From NCBI GenBank assembly GCA_004022145.1, contig RCNU01000008.1: 64,000 bases of DNA; one strand, 5' to 3'. The notes under the pieces are model-generated. The model ran no database searches, was not told the DNA's origin, and saw only the letters and a list, made by a program, of their open reading frames with translations. This document shows positions 45,374-59,314 of the stretch, in pieces (the stretch's first letter is position 1; every line of letters begins with the position of its first letter). This DNA comes from Paecilomyces variotii. Lineage: Eukaryota. The position numbers were made by a program, and so were the translations under genes.

Positions 45374-47485
45374 CACTAGGATGCGATCGAAAGACTGTAA
45401 GAAGAAGAGCAATACGCTGAGGCGTCAAGTCGGAAGAGATGATAGGTAAACACTTCCGAACGTGCTAAGCGCAGCAGCTCTTCAACGCTGAAGAAGAGCA
45501 CAGTCGTAGGGATATTTTGCAACTCCTCGTCGACGTTTTAACGGTTGCGATATATAGTGACTGTGAGGATATAAAGCTACCGGGAGCTAATCAGGGCACG
45601 GAGGCTATAGTCTTGTTGCACATTTCGAGGTGTCAGGTAACGTTGATATACCGAAGGACTGCGGCGGAAACCAGCAGAGTCTCTTTTGACTATCGTCTTC
45701 CGTACGTCCTCCGGTCTGCTAGAGTCAACCGTTTAAGCTGCGGGGAAGCGATATCGCGACGGCGTTGCGGCGCGTGAAACGAAACAGCTATCCAACTGGG
45801 AGCTCCCAGCCATACACAGGTTGCTGACAACTTTCTCCGCAATGGGCAATGGGGGAACGAAAAGAAGTTGGTGTTCCCCGTTCACAGCACCAAGCAGTCA
45901 GCCGTGTGCCGCGTGAGATTTCTTGAGGCCCTAAATCGGAGAGAATGCGACGGGAGAATCGACAAGCGGCACCGTTCGCTGTGAACAGTCAGAATCAGCG
46001 GACGGCAGAACCAGTGCGCCAATGCGGCAGATGTCCCCAAGTCTGTATCAACCGGTCACCAGGACGATGGACAATCGAGGACGATGGGAGATGAGGGGGA
46101 AGACGGTTGGCCATAGAGGGAGGAATCGAGAAGTGAGAGAAGAGGGAGAAAGAAGAGCTGTGGAGTTTGGGGCGGGTCCGTTCGATAGGGAGAGCCAGAC
46201 CGGACCAGCATAAGAAGCGCGATAAAGCACCGGCCCGAGGAAGATCCCTCGAGGAAGAAGGTCGAGCAGACGCCTAGAAGTACCGAAGAACTTCTTAGCC
46301 AGGTCGCTATTCTACAACTGTACAACAAGTCTTCTGCACGAGATAGCTGCGGTGCTGTTCTCCCCCTCGTTGTGCGTGTATCTTCGACTGACTATCTATC
46401 CTCACAGCCCGCCAAGCGTCTCGGGTTCTGCGATCACGGCAGTTCCCACGGGTTTCTCTCGAGTCCAGAAACGCTGCTCCATTCTTCGACTGTTCCATTC
46501 TGACCCGGTCCATGGGCTCGCCTTACCGGCTGACCTTCGAGAAGCCCGCAGTGGCAAAATAATCCGGAGCTGGCCCGCTTGTGGGATAGTGAAGAATGAT
46601 CCCTGAGTTTGTACTACTCGAGCCACCACGAGGGCAGCTGATGGCAAGAGGCTCATTATAATAATAATCTGTAATATCGTCTCTCTGTGTCATTCCTCGT
46701 AAGGCGATCGACCTATGATCCCTCCAGCGGTCGAGCCGTTGGCTTAGATAATAACCAATACAATCTTGCCCCTTTCTTCCTGCACGATGTATGTACATGT
46801 GTATTAGGCTCTTCGCACTACCGGTATATCATTTTTCATCTCCATCAACTAACGGCCCTTCGAATCTGTCCTGTGTACAGTATCTATCGATGATCATAGT
46901 GCGCTATTTCTTTCCTATTCTGTGACAAGTAATTTCTCTGAGAACAGTGTGTAAATTTAGCAAGATCGACCGTTATTATCATGATTGACATTTCTTTATG
47001 CGACAACAGCTCACGGACCCTCTCAGCCAATCACTGGTGGCCTAATGGGGCACACAACGTCCCGCTCTCCCTGCTGTTAATTATGGACTTGGCAATTCTG
47101 CTCCATACAACACCACCAGACAAATCTATGTCATGAAAAGAGCTATCGTCTTGTCTGTATACTTGATTCGAAATTCGTGTCAATTTTAAATGTTTCTTGG
47201 CCTGAGGATACAGCACGCATAGCCCGCAAACGAGGAAAACCGGTCCGCGATTATTCCTCCGGTATATCTTCAGCATTTATCTTAATCTTTGCTGTCTGCC
47301 TTCGTCTTAAAAAAAATAATATATCTCATTCAGACGTGAGACGACTGTTCTTTTAGTCTCACCCATCATTACTGAGTGCTCAGACTGAAGGTGGCAGGTG
47401 GGGACGATCTGATCCGGTCTTCCATCTGAGAGAAACTACTATCCAGGTTTCTGCCTGGCTACTAAGGTCGTAGGTCTTGTGCATC

Positions 47486-49284
47486 ATGGCTGAAGATTTA
47501 AATTCGACAGCCTTAGATATTATAACTGCCTTCGAGGCTCTGGACACAAAAAAGGCCCGCAGAACAGCGTACGAGACTGAGATACACAACTTCGAGCGAT
47601 TTCCTACTGATCATCTCTCAGATATCATGGAATCTTGGATTTACTTGACCTTGATGAGTGGCGCGAAGTCAAGGAACGGGCAGAGTCAAAGTCCCTCAAG
47701 CGTGATATCCTGGGTTCACTTCCAGTGGAACTTGTCGCTCGCATATGCCAGCTGCTTGGGTTAGCAGACATAGTAGCTCTGCAGTCAGTATGTTTCACTC
47801 GAGGACCTCAGTCTGTTGTGCTCTTCCGAGATCATTCATAAGTCTGACATCAACTCTTTCGATTGTGCTTCCGGATAGTAGATAGTGGCTAATGGACATG
47901 CACATATACCCAGGTGTCTACACGCTGGCATGAGTTGCTATCATCACCCGTCATTTACAGAACTGCTCTTCGGTCTCATGGTATAAATGGACCATATGAC
48001 CGGTTCTCTGACCAAGAAATGCATTCCATCTTCGTTCGACATGCAAAACGGAGGCTTCGTCTAGAGCTAGGGCGACCTTACAGCGAAGCCTTCTATCCAG
48101 CATTACTGGGTCGCCTGGGGTCCGAGAACGTAGTAGCATATTGTGACGGGCGATTGCTATGGGCCGATCGAGACCAGGACGACGGTCCCTTTGGTCTGGC
48201 GCTACTTTCTCTAACTACTGGCACGCTATCTCGGTTCTTTACCGAGGAGAGAGAGGTACCGTTCCATGTGGCCGTTTCTGATAGTGCCGTTGCCATGATC
48301 TCAATGCGAGGGTATGAAACCGTCTAACTTTCCCCAGAGCTTCATCTATTTTTTTTTTCTAACATTGCTGGCTCTGAAAGTAATTGCTTTGTCGCCAATT
48401 TCACGACTTCTGAAGAGGCATGCCTCCGTCTACCCTCCGCCGGCGTCTATTACTTCACAATGTCCGGCGACCGGGTCGCTGTGATCACTCGCAATTGTCA
48501 TCTCTCTTTCTGGGATCTTAAGTCAAAAGTCACGAGAGAGTTCAAGCTCGACGTTCTACCATTGTGTGTAGCAATCCATCCTACCGAGGATCGCTTTACA
48601 ACACTACATCTAGAACATGACGGCGTTAGCTGCAATAGCTACCATCTGCACGACACGGCAGTTGATGAACTTGTCGTGACGCACTACGACGTCACAGGAA
48701 CCACGATCACCAGACACCAACCATCAACCGTACTCCGACCGTTCCCAGAAAACACGCGGGCGTCGACAATGTACAGACGCGTCGACTCAGCCGCCTGCAA
48801 CATAGGAGTCTTGCATATAGCACCGGAGAATCAGCCCGATAAACCTAATTTGATGTGGATCTCTTACGACCCAACAACTGACAAGATATCTACTCGTTTC
48901 GTCGACAAAAAGAGCAGTGATACATTCCTAGGCAGTTTTACTGGGTGGCGGGCTACCCATGTTTCTAACAACTTGGTATATTACATCTCCCCTCAACGTG
49001 GAGGCTGGGACGAAGATGCGGGACCGTATATCTTGAACCTGGATACCGGTCTCGTACATGAACCGATGGATATCTCCCTACTACGTACTCAACAAACCCT
49101 AGAAGAGACGATCATCAATGATGATACCCCCACAGATTGGCTTGATCGTCCGATGAATGTCTTGTTACGCACGTTTGGAGACGACCCCTTCTTTGGGTGG
49201 GCGACTCAAACCGGATTCAAGATCTACTGCTTCGACGAAGATATCGACATGAGCTGGGCTCAGACAATACCCCAGCAAGGATGA
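47486..49284 (+). CDS. F-box domain protein, 4 exons
   Basis: DILGSLPVELVARICQLLGLADIVALQS|VSTRWHELL F-box followed by a beta-rich region. First exon MAEDLNST..RRTA splices in frame (intron 47569-47621). Confidence 0.85.
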
Positions 49285-49776
49285 TAAAAGCCAATAGTCG
49301 AACTCTTGTCATTATCGTGTGACAATTAGAAAAACTGGAATGAAAAAAAAAGTACAATGGAAGCAGCGCACCACCACTAAGCAAAAGTGCAAGGTGACAA
49401 AGGTCGCGGAAGGAGGAAAAACATGCAACAAGAAAAAGGACACAGGGTGACCACAGTCTATCTATCAGTCTAAGCGTCGACTCAATACGATCCTTGTATC
49501 CAAATATGTCATGAAAACCGTTCAGGGCTGACAAAAATCCCCGAGTCTCTTCAATTCAGTTACATCGTTCCCTCCCATGGGTCTCGGGAGACCTTCTATG
49601 GACTCGTTTCTGCGTAGAGCGGTCAGCATATCTTCATGAAAAAGACATGTGATCAACTCTTGAGTCTCTCCACACACACAAACACATTCTCTCCCTCGGG
49701 AGCTCTTCACCAGACATACAAAGATAATTAGGGCAATGGAGTTAGAGAGGATCATATGAAATTGCTGGTGCGGTGC

Positions 49777-51567
49777 TTAGATACCGAGGGTGAACTCGAC
49801 TCCGACGTCAATATCCCGAGCCATCTTGACGACCTTGGAGAACTGGACCGACTTCTCGGCGGCGCTCTGGAGGTCCTGGATGGAGAAGATCTTCAGGCCA
49901 GAGTCGTTGATCTGTGAGGGATATTAGCCAAAAGAACATCATCTCTGTAAATGTGCGAAATCATGGACATACCAGCTTCTGAGCCTGCTCCATGTTGGTA
50001 CCCTGCAAACGGGCAATGATGGGGGTACGGAGACCCATGTCGTTGACGACGTGGATCAGACCCTGTGCGATGGCGTCGCAGCGGACGATACCACCGAAGA
50101 TGTTAACGAAGATAGCGGTGACCTTGGGGTCGTTGGTGATAAGCTCGAAGGCGGAGCGAATGGCAGCAGGGGTGGCACCACCACCAACATCCAGGAAGTT
50201 AGCGGGGCTTCCTCCGTTCAGCTTGATGATATCCATAGTGGCCATGGCGAGACCGGCACCGTTGACTATATCAAATTAGTATTCACTACAAGCCTAATCC
50301 GAGAAGAGCGATACATACCCAAGCATCCAATGTCACCATCAAGCTTGATGAAGTTCAGGCCGTGCCTACATCAGCAGTTAGCACTTATCCACGCCAACAT
50401 TGGATGGCTGTCATACTCAGCAGCCTTAATCTCGTCAGGGTCCTCCTGCGTGGGATCCCTCCAGGAGAAGATCTCCTTCTGTCTGAATTCGGCGTTGTCG
50501 TCGAATCCAAGCTTGGCGTCCATAGCCAGCACCTGGTGGTCGGAGGTCTCTGACAGAGGGTTGATCTCGATCTGGGTAGCGTCCTTCTCCACGAAGACCT
50601 TGTACAGGTTCTGGATGGTAGTCTTGGCATCCTCGATGCACTGCTCGGAGAAACCAAGGTCGGTAGCAATCTTGCGGGCAATCTCGTCGGTGACGCCAAC
50701 GTTGATGTCGATGGGGGTTGTGTTGATAGCGTCAGGCGACTCCTTGGCGATAGCTTCGATGTCCATGCCACCCTGGGAAGAAGAGACGATAACGGGGCTC
50801 TGGGTCTGACGGTCCATGAGGATGGCGAGGTAGAATTCACGCCTGGCAAACTTGCGCTCACAAATGTAGACCGAACTGCAGAGACGGCCCTTGGCACCAG
50901 TCTGTTTGGTGATAAGCTTGTGGCCGATCATCTGGCCGGCGAACATCTTGGCCTCCGTCGGGCTGGTTTGAAGAATCTCCGTCAGAAAATGCCAGGCTCA
51001 TACACGCAGCAAGCGATGTACTCACGAGTAGATAACGCGGACACCACCCTTCAGACCGTTGTCGAAGGAACCCTTGCCTCGACCACCAGCAAGAACCTGG
51101 GCCTTGATGACCATGTCGCCCGTACCTGGGGCGCGCTTCAGTATATAATTTCTAAATAAACAAAGGATCCATATCAAGTACCAATCTCCTTAGCAACAGC
51201 CTCTGCCTCCTCCGCGGTGCGGGCGACAGCGCCCTTGGGAGTTCCGACGCCATACTATAGGTTGGCACCTTGTCAGTATGCAGCCGGGTAAACAGTCGCG
51301 CTAAGTGTGGTTCAGCTGCGGTAGCTGTCGACATTGGCAACATACTTGTTTCAGCAGGTTGGCAGACAGATATTCGTGGATGGAGAGGTTTCGTCGTTGC
51401 TGCTGCGCGAGTCTACTCTGTACAGATGCATCCTAGATAGAGCAAAAACCCGTTCGTGTTAGCGACAGGCTGTCAAAGCGCGCGCGTCGTTCAGGCCAGG
51501 GAAGGGGACTTACGGTAGCAGCTCTGAAAGCTGCGGCGACTGGGCGACCGCGCGCAAGCTTGAACAT
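49777..51567 (-). CDS. LSC2: Succinyl-CoA ligase beta subunit, mitochondrial, multi-exon
   Basis: [77 protein letters not shown]. Confidence 0.97.
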
Positions 51568-52350
51568 GGCGGACGAAAATGAACGAGAATCGAAAGGCTA
51601 AAAAAGAGAAAAAGCGAGATGGAAGGGGGCTGAGATAGAGGGAAGGGGAGTTGGATTAGGAACAGGGACAGGTTTGCATTTTCGGGGAGAACCTCGGGCT
51701 GATACTTGGTCTACTTACCTAGGTTAGATGTACGGTGAGTCGCTCTGCGTCGGGACTCGGCTGTCACCTGATGGCGTCCGACTTCTCGCGCCGCCCGATT
51801 TGTTTTTGCTCCTTTGGATTCTTAAGTATAAGAAGGGCCTCGTCGCCCTCTTCAGAAAGCATTTACGCGCTGGGGGCAGCTTTCAACCCCGCGTGGGAGC
51901 TTCACCATCACCATCCCATCTGCGTGTCAACTGTTTACTTTATCTCCAGCTTCCCCCCGTGACCCACCCGGCTGGCTAATGGGAGCCAAGCATGTGGATA
52001 AAGACATAACCGTATATAGAGCAGCTCCTCAACTGTATACGGACCTCAAGCAAATGCTCACAGCTTCAGGGTTTTATATCTTTTGACGTGAATAACCAAT
52101 GGCAATATTTACCTACTACTACACTGGCAATCACTGCCTCAACCAATGTCAATGAAATGCAACTGACAATAACAACCGCCGTCAACCAACATATAGATGG
52201 GCCCCAGTCGGCAACCCCGGAAGCTTGTCGATCGCTAGATTCAACGTCCCTGGAACACAATTATGGATATCAAAAATAATAAACAGGAGCTAACCACTGC
52301 CATCATATGATCATATGGTACATACATTTACCCTCCTGTCATCCTCTGCA

Positions 52351-53810
52351 TCAATCGGTTTTGCGTCCTTGCTCTCTCCGCACCTTGTGCAGTCCGAACA
52401 TCCTCGTCATGATCCGATCAAACAGTCCCCACCAGGCCCAGCCTCCAGACACAAGCCAGATAAGCCAGGCTCTATTCCCTTCCCAGATCCACGTCTTACT
52501 ACCCCGCGCCCACGGCCAAAGCCATCTCCAGGGAGCTGAGCCGTAAAGGATCTGGTTCACAACGCTACGCGCATAGGCTGCGTTTGGCATTGCATTCTCT
52601 TGGCTGTGAACCAGTCGCCGCTGGTACTCGGTTTCAACGGCCGCATACAACGAGTTCGGAACGAGGGTGCGCTTCGTGCGCGCAATACGGGACTGAACGC
52701 CTCCTGTGATGACCGTGGTCACCTTGACGCTGCAGTCGCGAGTTGTCAGATATGACACAGAGAGACAGAAAACCGTGGGTAGGACAAGGAACATACCCGA
52801 CTGGAGCTAATTCGACACGCAAGGCATCACTCCAAGAGTGCAAAGCGGCCTTGGATGCGTTGTAGACGGAGCCAAAAACGTAGGGAATAATCTTGTATAC
52901 CAAGTCAGCCCAGGCTTCTTTCAAACAGTAGTTAGGGACAAGATCACATACTCCAGCGACGGATCCAATCTGGACAATAGTCCCCTTGGCCTTGATAAGC
53001 AGCGGGAGAAAAGTCTGACACATGAGGATCATCGAGAAGAAATTCGTCTCGAACGTCTGCCGCGCTTCAGACAGCTGGGCCTCTACCGCAGGTACAGTAT
53101 AATCTAAATCCAACAAGTTAGCAATCACGATAAAAAAACATAAAAACCAGATAATAGCAAGATGTCCTGCTTCCATACTTCGGCCCCTGGCATAATTCTA
53201 ATATTAGCAATGCGCTACGCATGAAAAACACTCATACAAAGAAAAGAAGAGAAAGAATACTCACGCATTATTAACCAAATAATCCAATCCCTTCTCACCC
53301 ACTCTCTTCTCAACTTCCTCGAAACACGCCTTGACGCTCTCCTCATCATCCACGACCAGACTCAGCGTTTCAATTCCTTTAGCTTCTAGATCCGTGAGCG
53401 TCTCTCTGTTCCTCGCCGTTGCGAATACACGGAGTCCATTTTTATGGAATTCGAGCGCTAGCGAATGTCCAATTCCACCTGGGGAACATCTGGGAATTGA
53501 AATTGATTAATTAATTAGCACATGAGTATTCCTGATGTAACTAGGTAGGTAGTTACTTGGCAGTGAAATTGAAAATTAGGAGAAAATGACAAAAACAAGA
53601 TGCTGATGGAGTGAAAGTCAAAAAGAACAAAAAAAGGAAACAAAATAGACTCATTTGAATAACTTAGTTCTTATTCTCGTCGTGGTAGTAACTTAGTTAA
53701 TTCAGGTAATTAACCGGGTCATTTTGGGGCTACATGGAATAACGTTTATGCATCCCTCGAGTCTCTCTTTGCACTTACCCGCTGATAAGGACAGATTTGC
53801 GATCCATCAT
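52351..53810 (-). CDS. ayr1: Short-chain dehydrogenase/reductase, Ayr1-like (acyl-DHAP reductase), with an 8-nt microexon
   Basis: SVLISG|CSPGGIGHSLA, VFATAR, LVNNA|GR|NYT, IGSVA, YNASKAALH (YxxxK). Confidence 0.88.
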
Positions 53811-54490
53811 GATTCCAGACCCGATAGTAGAAGAATTCGAATATTCTTGCTCATTACTCATTTTTTTTTTAAAGGATTCCGTAAACGCTTTGAGGATTTT
53901 GTTTGTCAGATAGGGATTTACCAATGGATCGAAGCGATGAATATTACTTATGGGAACGGAAGATCGACACTTGGCCTCGGCATATGGATAGATTAGGTAC
54001 CTAGCATTACCACGTGATCGAGCTACGGCTAAGGGTCATAGAGCTGATTTTTCCCGCCGCAGCTCTGTGATATTTGTCTGGATTTTTGACATGATAGCGT
54101 TCGTCTTTGCCGTCGTCTTCGTGCAGAATTGTGTGGACGGCTATTAGACAATATATTGGGTTAGATAGTATAACGATCTTGCATGTTGTTGCATAGCGAT
54201 CGGGTCTATTTTAGATAAAATGTGTAGGTATTGCGCATCGATGCAAATGCGTCTGCATAATGCTATCATATTCAGTAAAATAGGGATGGATTCTAACATC
54301 TAACTATCTGGGTATTAGTGATAAGGTAAGATAAATCGAAACGTCAAATTCTAGGCCAATGGACGCATCCAAGGCTGTGTGCTATATAGACGATGAAGAA
54401 AGCCGCTAGAACGCTCTGGGATATCACAAGAAACGAGCAATGGTTCCAAAAACAAAAGTATCAAACGGACAAGAAGAAGATCTAATCAAT

Positions 54491-56105
54491 TCAAACAGGG
54501 GTACTCTCCCCAGACGAATGAGGTTTGAGTTCCTTGACTTGAAAGCCACCCTCATCCTTATCCTCGCCTACTTGCGGCCAGAGGATGTGATGCAACATAA
54601 CCGCGCGGACCATCATATAACAGACGAAAAAGTACATCAAGATCAATATGATGGTCATCACGCAGCCGATTATCTGAATGGGCTTGCAGGAAAAGGCTTT
54701 TCCGATGGCAAAGGTGGCAGTGATCAGGGCGGTGTTCGGGAAGACGAACGAGAACCATCCCATTGAGAAAATCATACGGCCGGGTCCAATTGCGGAGACA
54801 TGGGCCAAGGTTGCAATCCAGAAAAAGAATATCGCAAGTCTACAGACAGACAACGTCAGTGATCACTATCAGGCTTGAAAGGAGCTAGAAAATGCATACC
54901 CCCATAACCACAAGGCGGAAAAGTTGGCGACAACTCGAATGACATTTGCGGCAAGCTCCCCGTCGCCCATGAAATCGGAAGGGAAAGATCTCTTTGCATT
55001 GGCTGCCATGTTCACAATCCCGGCGACGGTGAAAGCACTAGGTCCGACGGAAACGAACATTCCCGGTCGAACGTTTTCCTTGGGCAGCTTCTGCGTCATT
55101 AATCGATAGATGAAGGCCGCATATACCGTCAGGGACATGAGAAAGCCGACTCCCTGGATAGTGGTGCCTCCGATGATCACGCGCAGAGAATGGCTAGGCT
55201 CAAGTGTAGCACTTAAGATGCCGGCGTGGGGTCCAATGATCAGCATGGGATAGGCCGGAAAGATCCAAATGGGGGTCATCTGTGCGATGGTAAAGGTCTG
55301 TGTCGACCACCTGCGCTGTGTTAGGCCCTGCGCTCATCAATACCGGAGCATACTCACACAATAAGGTAGATCCCAGCTGAGAGGATGACGGCAAGAGTCG
55401 CATCTATCCAAAACAATATCTCGACGGCGTGTTTGAGCCATCCCCCTGTGTGTTCCGGTCCGTACTGAGAGATATTGATCAATATCGTCCCAAAAGAGAC
55501 TGCAGCGGCAGGGACAAACAGAGACTCGGTCGGATGCATGAAGGACGCCTTGAAAGTGTAAGGATAAAAGCAGAATCTCATGATCAACAAAGTCCAGATG
55601 CAGAGATAGAAAACGATATTCATCAAGAACACTACCACCCCGATGGTTTCCAGACCGCGGAAGCGGAAAGGAACTTTTGAATCCTTAGCGCCTTTGTTTC
55701 TGTAGTACTGGAACGCGATGTCTTACCTGCGTATAGCACATTGGCGATTCCACCTGTCGCCATCGTGAGCGTGAAGTATGCCCATGTGAAATGACGGATC
55801 CGCTGTCTCCAACTGAGTTTGCCGGACCGTTCACTAGGGACTCTGGGAGGAATGGCATGGTCTACCCCCGGGATATTATCAGAGACCGATCTCTTCTCCG
55901 AATTGGACGTGACTGGACGAAATGTCGACCCCGTATCATTTATCGCTCCCAGGGCGGACGTATGAGCCTCCCGGGCGTTCATGGAGAAGGGATACTCGGC
56001 CGAACCGATGCTGACGGCCCGCTCAGCATCTTCAATTGTTGGCGTGCGATATCCATCTTCTCCAGGGCTCCGCCAATGCCTGGGAACTTCCATATAGTTT
56101 GACAT
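54491..56105 (-). CDS. mae1: C4-dicarboxylate/malate transporter (Mae1; TDT/SLAC1 family), 4 exons
   Basis: HFTWAYFTLTMATGG, HPTESLF, MTPIWIFPAYP, RPGMFVSVGPSAFT, WFSFVFPNT; multiple TM segments. Confidence 0.93.
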
Positions 56106-57770
56106 GGCGATCGGGGTAACCCAGCATTACTGGTCAAATCGACCTGGAGGCTCTGCTCTCGTCTTCAGAGCGGAGGATGCGACAGCCTGGCCTGCGACTG
56201 GAATGAAGTGCCTGCACAGAAAGAGAGGATTATGCCAGTCTCTTGAATCGCATCGCATCGAAATCAGCATCCATTCAGACCGATCTGGGACGGGCATCCG
56301 GTCTCTTTTTCACTCAGTACGTTGAGCGAGGAGATCTTGGGGGACAAAATCCGTGTTACCCGACCATTTCATTTGGGCCAACGAGCACGCCGGATTTTTC
56401 GCGGGGAGACAGCAGCGCCAATCAGTGAGCGATCGTCGAACAGAAAACGGCTGGACGGAACCGATTAATTGACAGAATTCTCGACTTCGCGCGCCATCTT
56501 GCCAGGTATGGACGTGACATCAGCGAGTTTGTGGCTCAAGTTCACCGCGCAGTTGGTCTTTGACTCTTTGGGCGCGGTTGGAGCGGGGAAACTTGCGCCT
56601 GTCAGAAGGCTAGTTGATTCTTTTCGCTGCCGAAATCGCCGACCCATAATTATTTTATTCTTATGGTATTAGTTGATCAACCCTGCAGATACAGTTGCTT
56701 TGCGTAGAAATAGACTGTGTTAGAGATCCAGGTAGACCAACAAGGAGCTCTCCTTTTTAGTCGACTGGCAGAAAGCCATCAGACTGTTCAGCCATCCTGG
56801 CCGGTTCGATCTGCGGCATGACGTTTCTTGAGGATTATATAGAATGAATATCTAGAGTAGATATTCTTAGCGTCGTTCTGACTAGACAACGGGCTTCAAT
56901 GCTTACTTCGGCCAATGAACTGTTAACAGACTTATTGAACTGGAACAACATCTGTGTATTTGTATTCAGTCAATGAATGTACTCGATCCAGCCGCACAAT
57001 GGACCCGGTTCTCTTGACTGTTATACGGTATAGAGCATGTTCGTCTTGATCCTCGATAATATACCTAGGTAAGTAATAGACCATGCCACATATGGATTAT
57101 ATACTCGCGTGCTGTAACCTCTAGCTCGTTCGTTGCCGCTCAGCGATGGGAATGGATTCGCACAAACCATAAAGCAATAAAAGTAACAAGGCATAGTTAA
57201 CACCCACACCAAAGAATGACCAAGGGATATATACAATGTCTACCTAGAGATAGAATTTTCTCTCACGATTCCGTTTAACGAGAACTACTACTCTGGAAAA
57301 TGCCAAGCTCGAAATCGACGCGGGTGGTACCGAAGACTAGATAGATATTATTATTTAATCAATTGAATATTCTTGGCTGCAGCGGACGTGGTGGCGCATA
57401 GCGACGGAGACTTCCGACGACCTTTTCTTCTTCGAAGCGGGGGGCGGAGCGTCCATACTGGTTGTCCGCGGTTGCGACAAGCACTAAAAGTGTCAAAGCA
57501 CGAGCAACATTTTTTTCCCTCTTCTTCTTCTGTGTGGTAAACCCCTCCGTTCTGCTCGGAAATCTCTCTTGATTCTTTTCATATATTCCTTTCCGATCGA
57601 CAATAATAGATCGCGCAATATCGCTATCAGCCTGTCCTTTCAGCAACAAAGCCTGTTATATACCCCGCCTGCTCTCGTCACCAGCAGGTCCATAGATCTC
57701 GTCGCATTGCATATCCAGTCTCTCTTACCTGCAAGATCGTTACCGGGAGGACGTTACCCAATAAACAGCC

Positions 57771-58744
57771 ATGCCTCAGAAGTTCTATGTCACCTATAAC
57801 CAGGTATGTCTCGCGTCAGTCGGCTTCCTCTGACGTCTTTGCGCGGCCGAGACGTGTTACAAGGATGGCGCATCTAGTGCAACCATCTGGCGATCGCTGG
57901 TCCCGTGCTTGGACTAAAAATGATATGTTGTCTAGGTGCACAAGCTGTGCCAGAAGTCGGCAGAGAAGATCCTCAATGAATTCCATCCCAACCTCATGAT
58001 CGCTATCGGTGGAGGAGGTTATGTCCCCGCGCGTATCCTTCGGTATGTTCCCCGTCTGCCAGAGATACCCCGCTGCCATGAGCATGCCGCGTGCGTCATG
58101 GTCAATAAGGCCTTAAGGAGAACCACATACTCATGATTCGTTGCGACACAGATCTTTCCTGAAGCGCGCTGGCGAGCCGAACATCCCCATCCAGGCTATT
58201 GGTCTCTCTCTGTATGAGGATCTGGGCCGCGGTGACGATCCCGAAGAGGCTCCCGGTACCAAGGTCACTCGCACGCAGTGGCTCGATCTGAGCTCCCTGG
58301 AGATGTCCAACCTGATTGGAAAGAACATCCTGATCGTCGATGAGGTCGACGACACCAGGACAACGCTTGAGTATGCCGTCCGTGAACTGCAGAAGGATGT
58401 CGAGCAGGCGCAGCAGCAGCTTGGCCGCCAGGGCGAGAAGACCACCTTCTCAATCTTCGTCCTCCACGTACGTCACAGTTTCTCGTCTCCTGTATAACCG
58501 CATTGCTGACCCCCGTGCGCAGAACAAGAACAAGGAAAAGAGGGGCAAGCTGCCTGCCGAGATGATGGAGTCGGGCCACTATCACGCTGCCGTGACGACC
58601 GACGATGTCTGGATCTGCTACCCTTGGGAAGCGAAGTATGTCTCTCCGGATGATCATATCACACCGGACCTGATGCTAATCTTTCTGAACAGGGACATTG
58701 ACGCGCACGACGAGATGGCTAAGCAGAACCCCCTCATCTATTAA
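57771..58744 (+). CDS. xpt1: Xanthine/hypoxanthine-guanine phosphoribosyltransferase (Xpt1/Hpt1 type), 5 exons
   Basis: KFYVTYNQ|VHKLCQ, IAIGGGGYVPARILR, PRPP-binding ILIVDEVDDTRTTL, WICYPWE. Confidence 0.95.
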
Positions 58745-58761
58745 TCGACACGGAGTGGATA

Positions 58762-58781
58762 CCCCCCCCCCCCCCCCCCCC
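58762..58781. repeat. C20 homopolymer just downstream of the xpt1 stop codon
   Basis: 20 consecutive C. Confidence 0.9.
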
Positions 58782-59314
58782 AACGTCGCACTCATTTGAT
58801 ATATCCTTTTTTTTTGGCGGCATATATTCTATATCTATATCGCTTTGCAGTTTGTATAGCATCTGCATATCATGTCATATCACGAAGAATTCATTGGGTA
58901 ACGGAATCCGATAGAGAGAAAAAGGAAAAAGACCCGGTTGGTGCTATGGTAATGGTTAGAGCATTAGTTTGCTAAATTTTGCAAGCATATTTCATAATTT
59001 CTTTTGGGTTTATTCTGCAACGTTTTCTCTTCATATCAATCACCTAATCTCACTCAAAGTCGGCGTTTCAAGTATCTGGTGTCTAAAACAAGAATCTCAT
59101 ATCACTCTCTGCCCGACGGATTAGTGTACAGTGCAGCAGAAATAGCAATATTCCAGGCAAAAATATCATTCAGAATCCCCCCTCTTTCCCATGCGCCATG
59201 ATTCTTTATAACCGGTTTAGAGGAACGTTATTTGGAATAGGAGGAGCCCGAATCGACAGAGAGAAAAAATCCCAAAAAAGAATAGAGACGAAGTATGAAG
59301 AACGAGCACGATAT

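Noticed and set aside
56760..56820. GGTTCGAT T-loop-like sequence (tRNA?)
   Set aside because: The T-stem and acceptor stem do not pair, so there is no cloverleaf.
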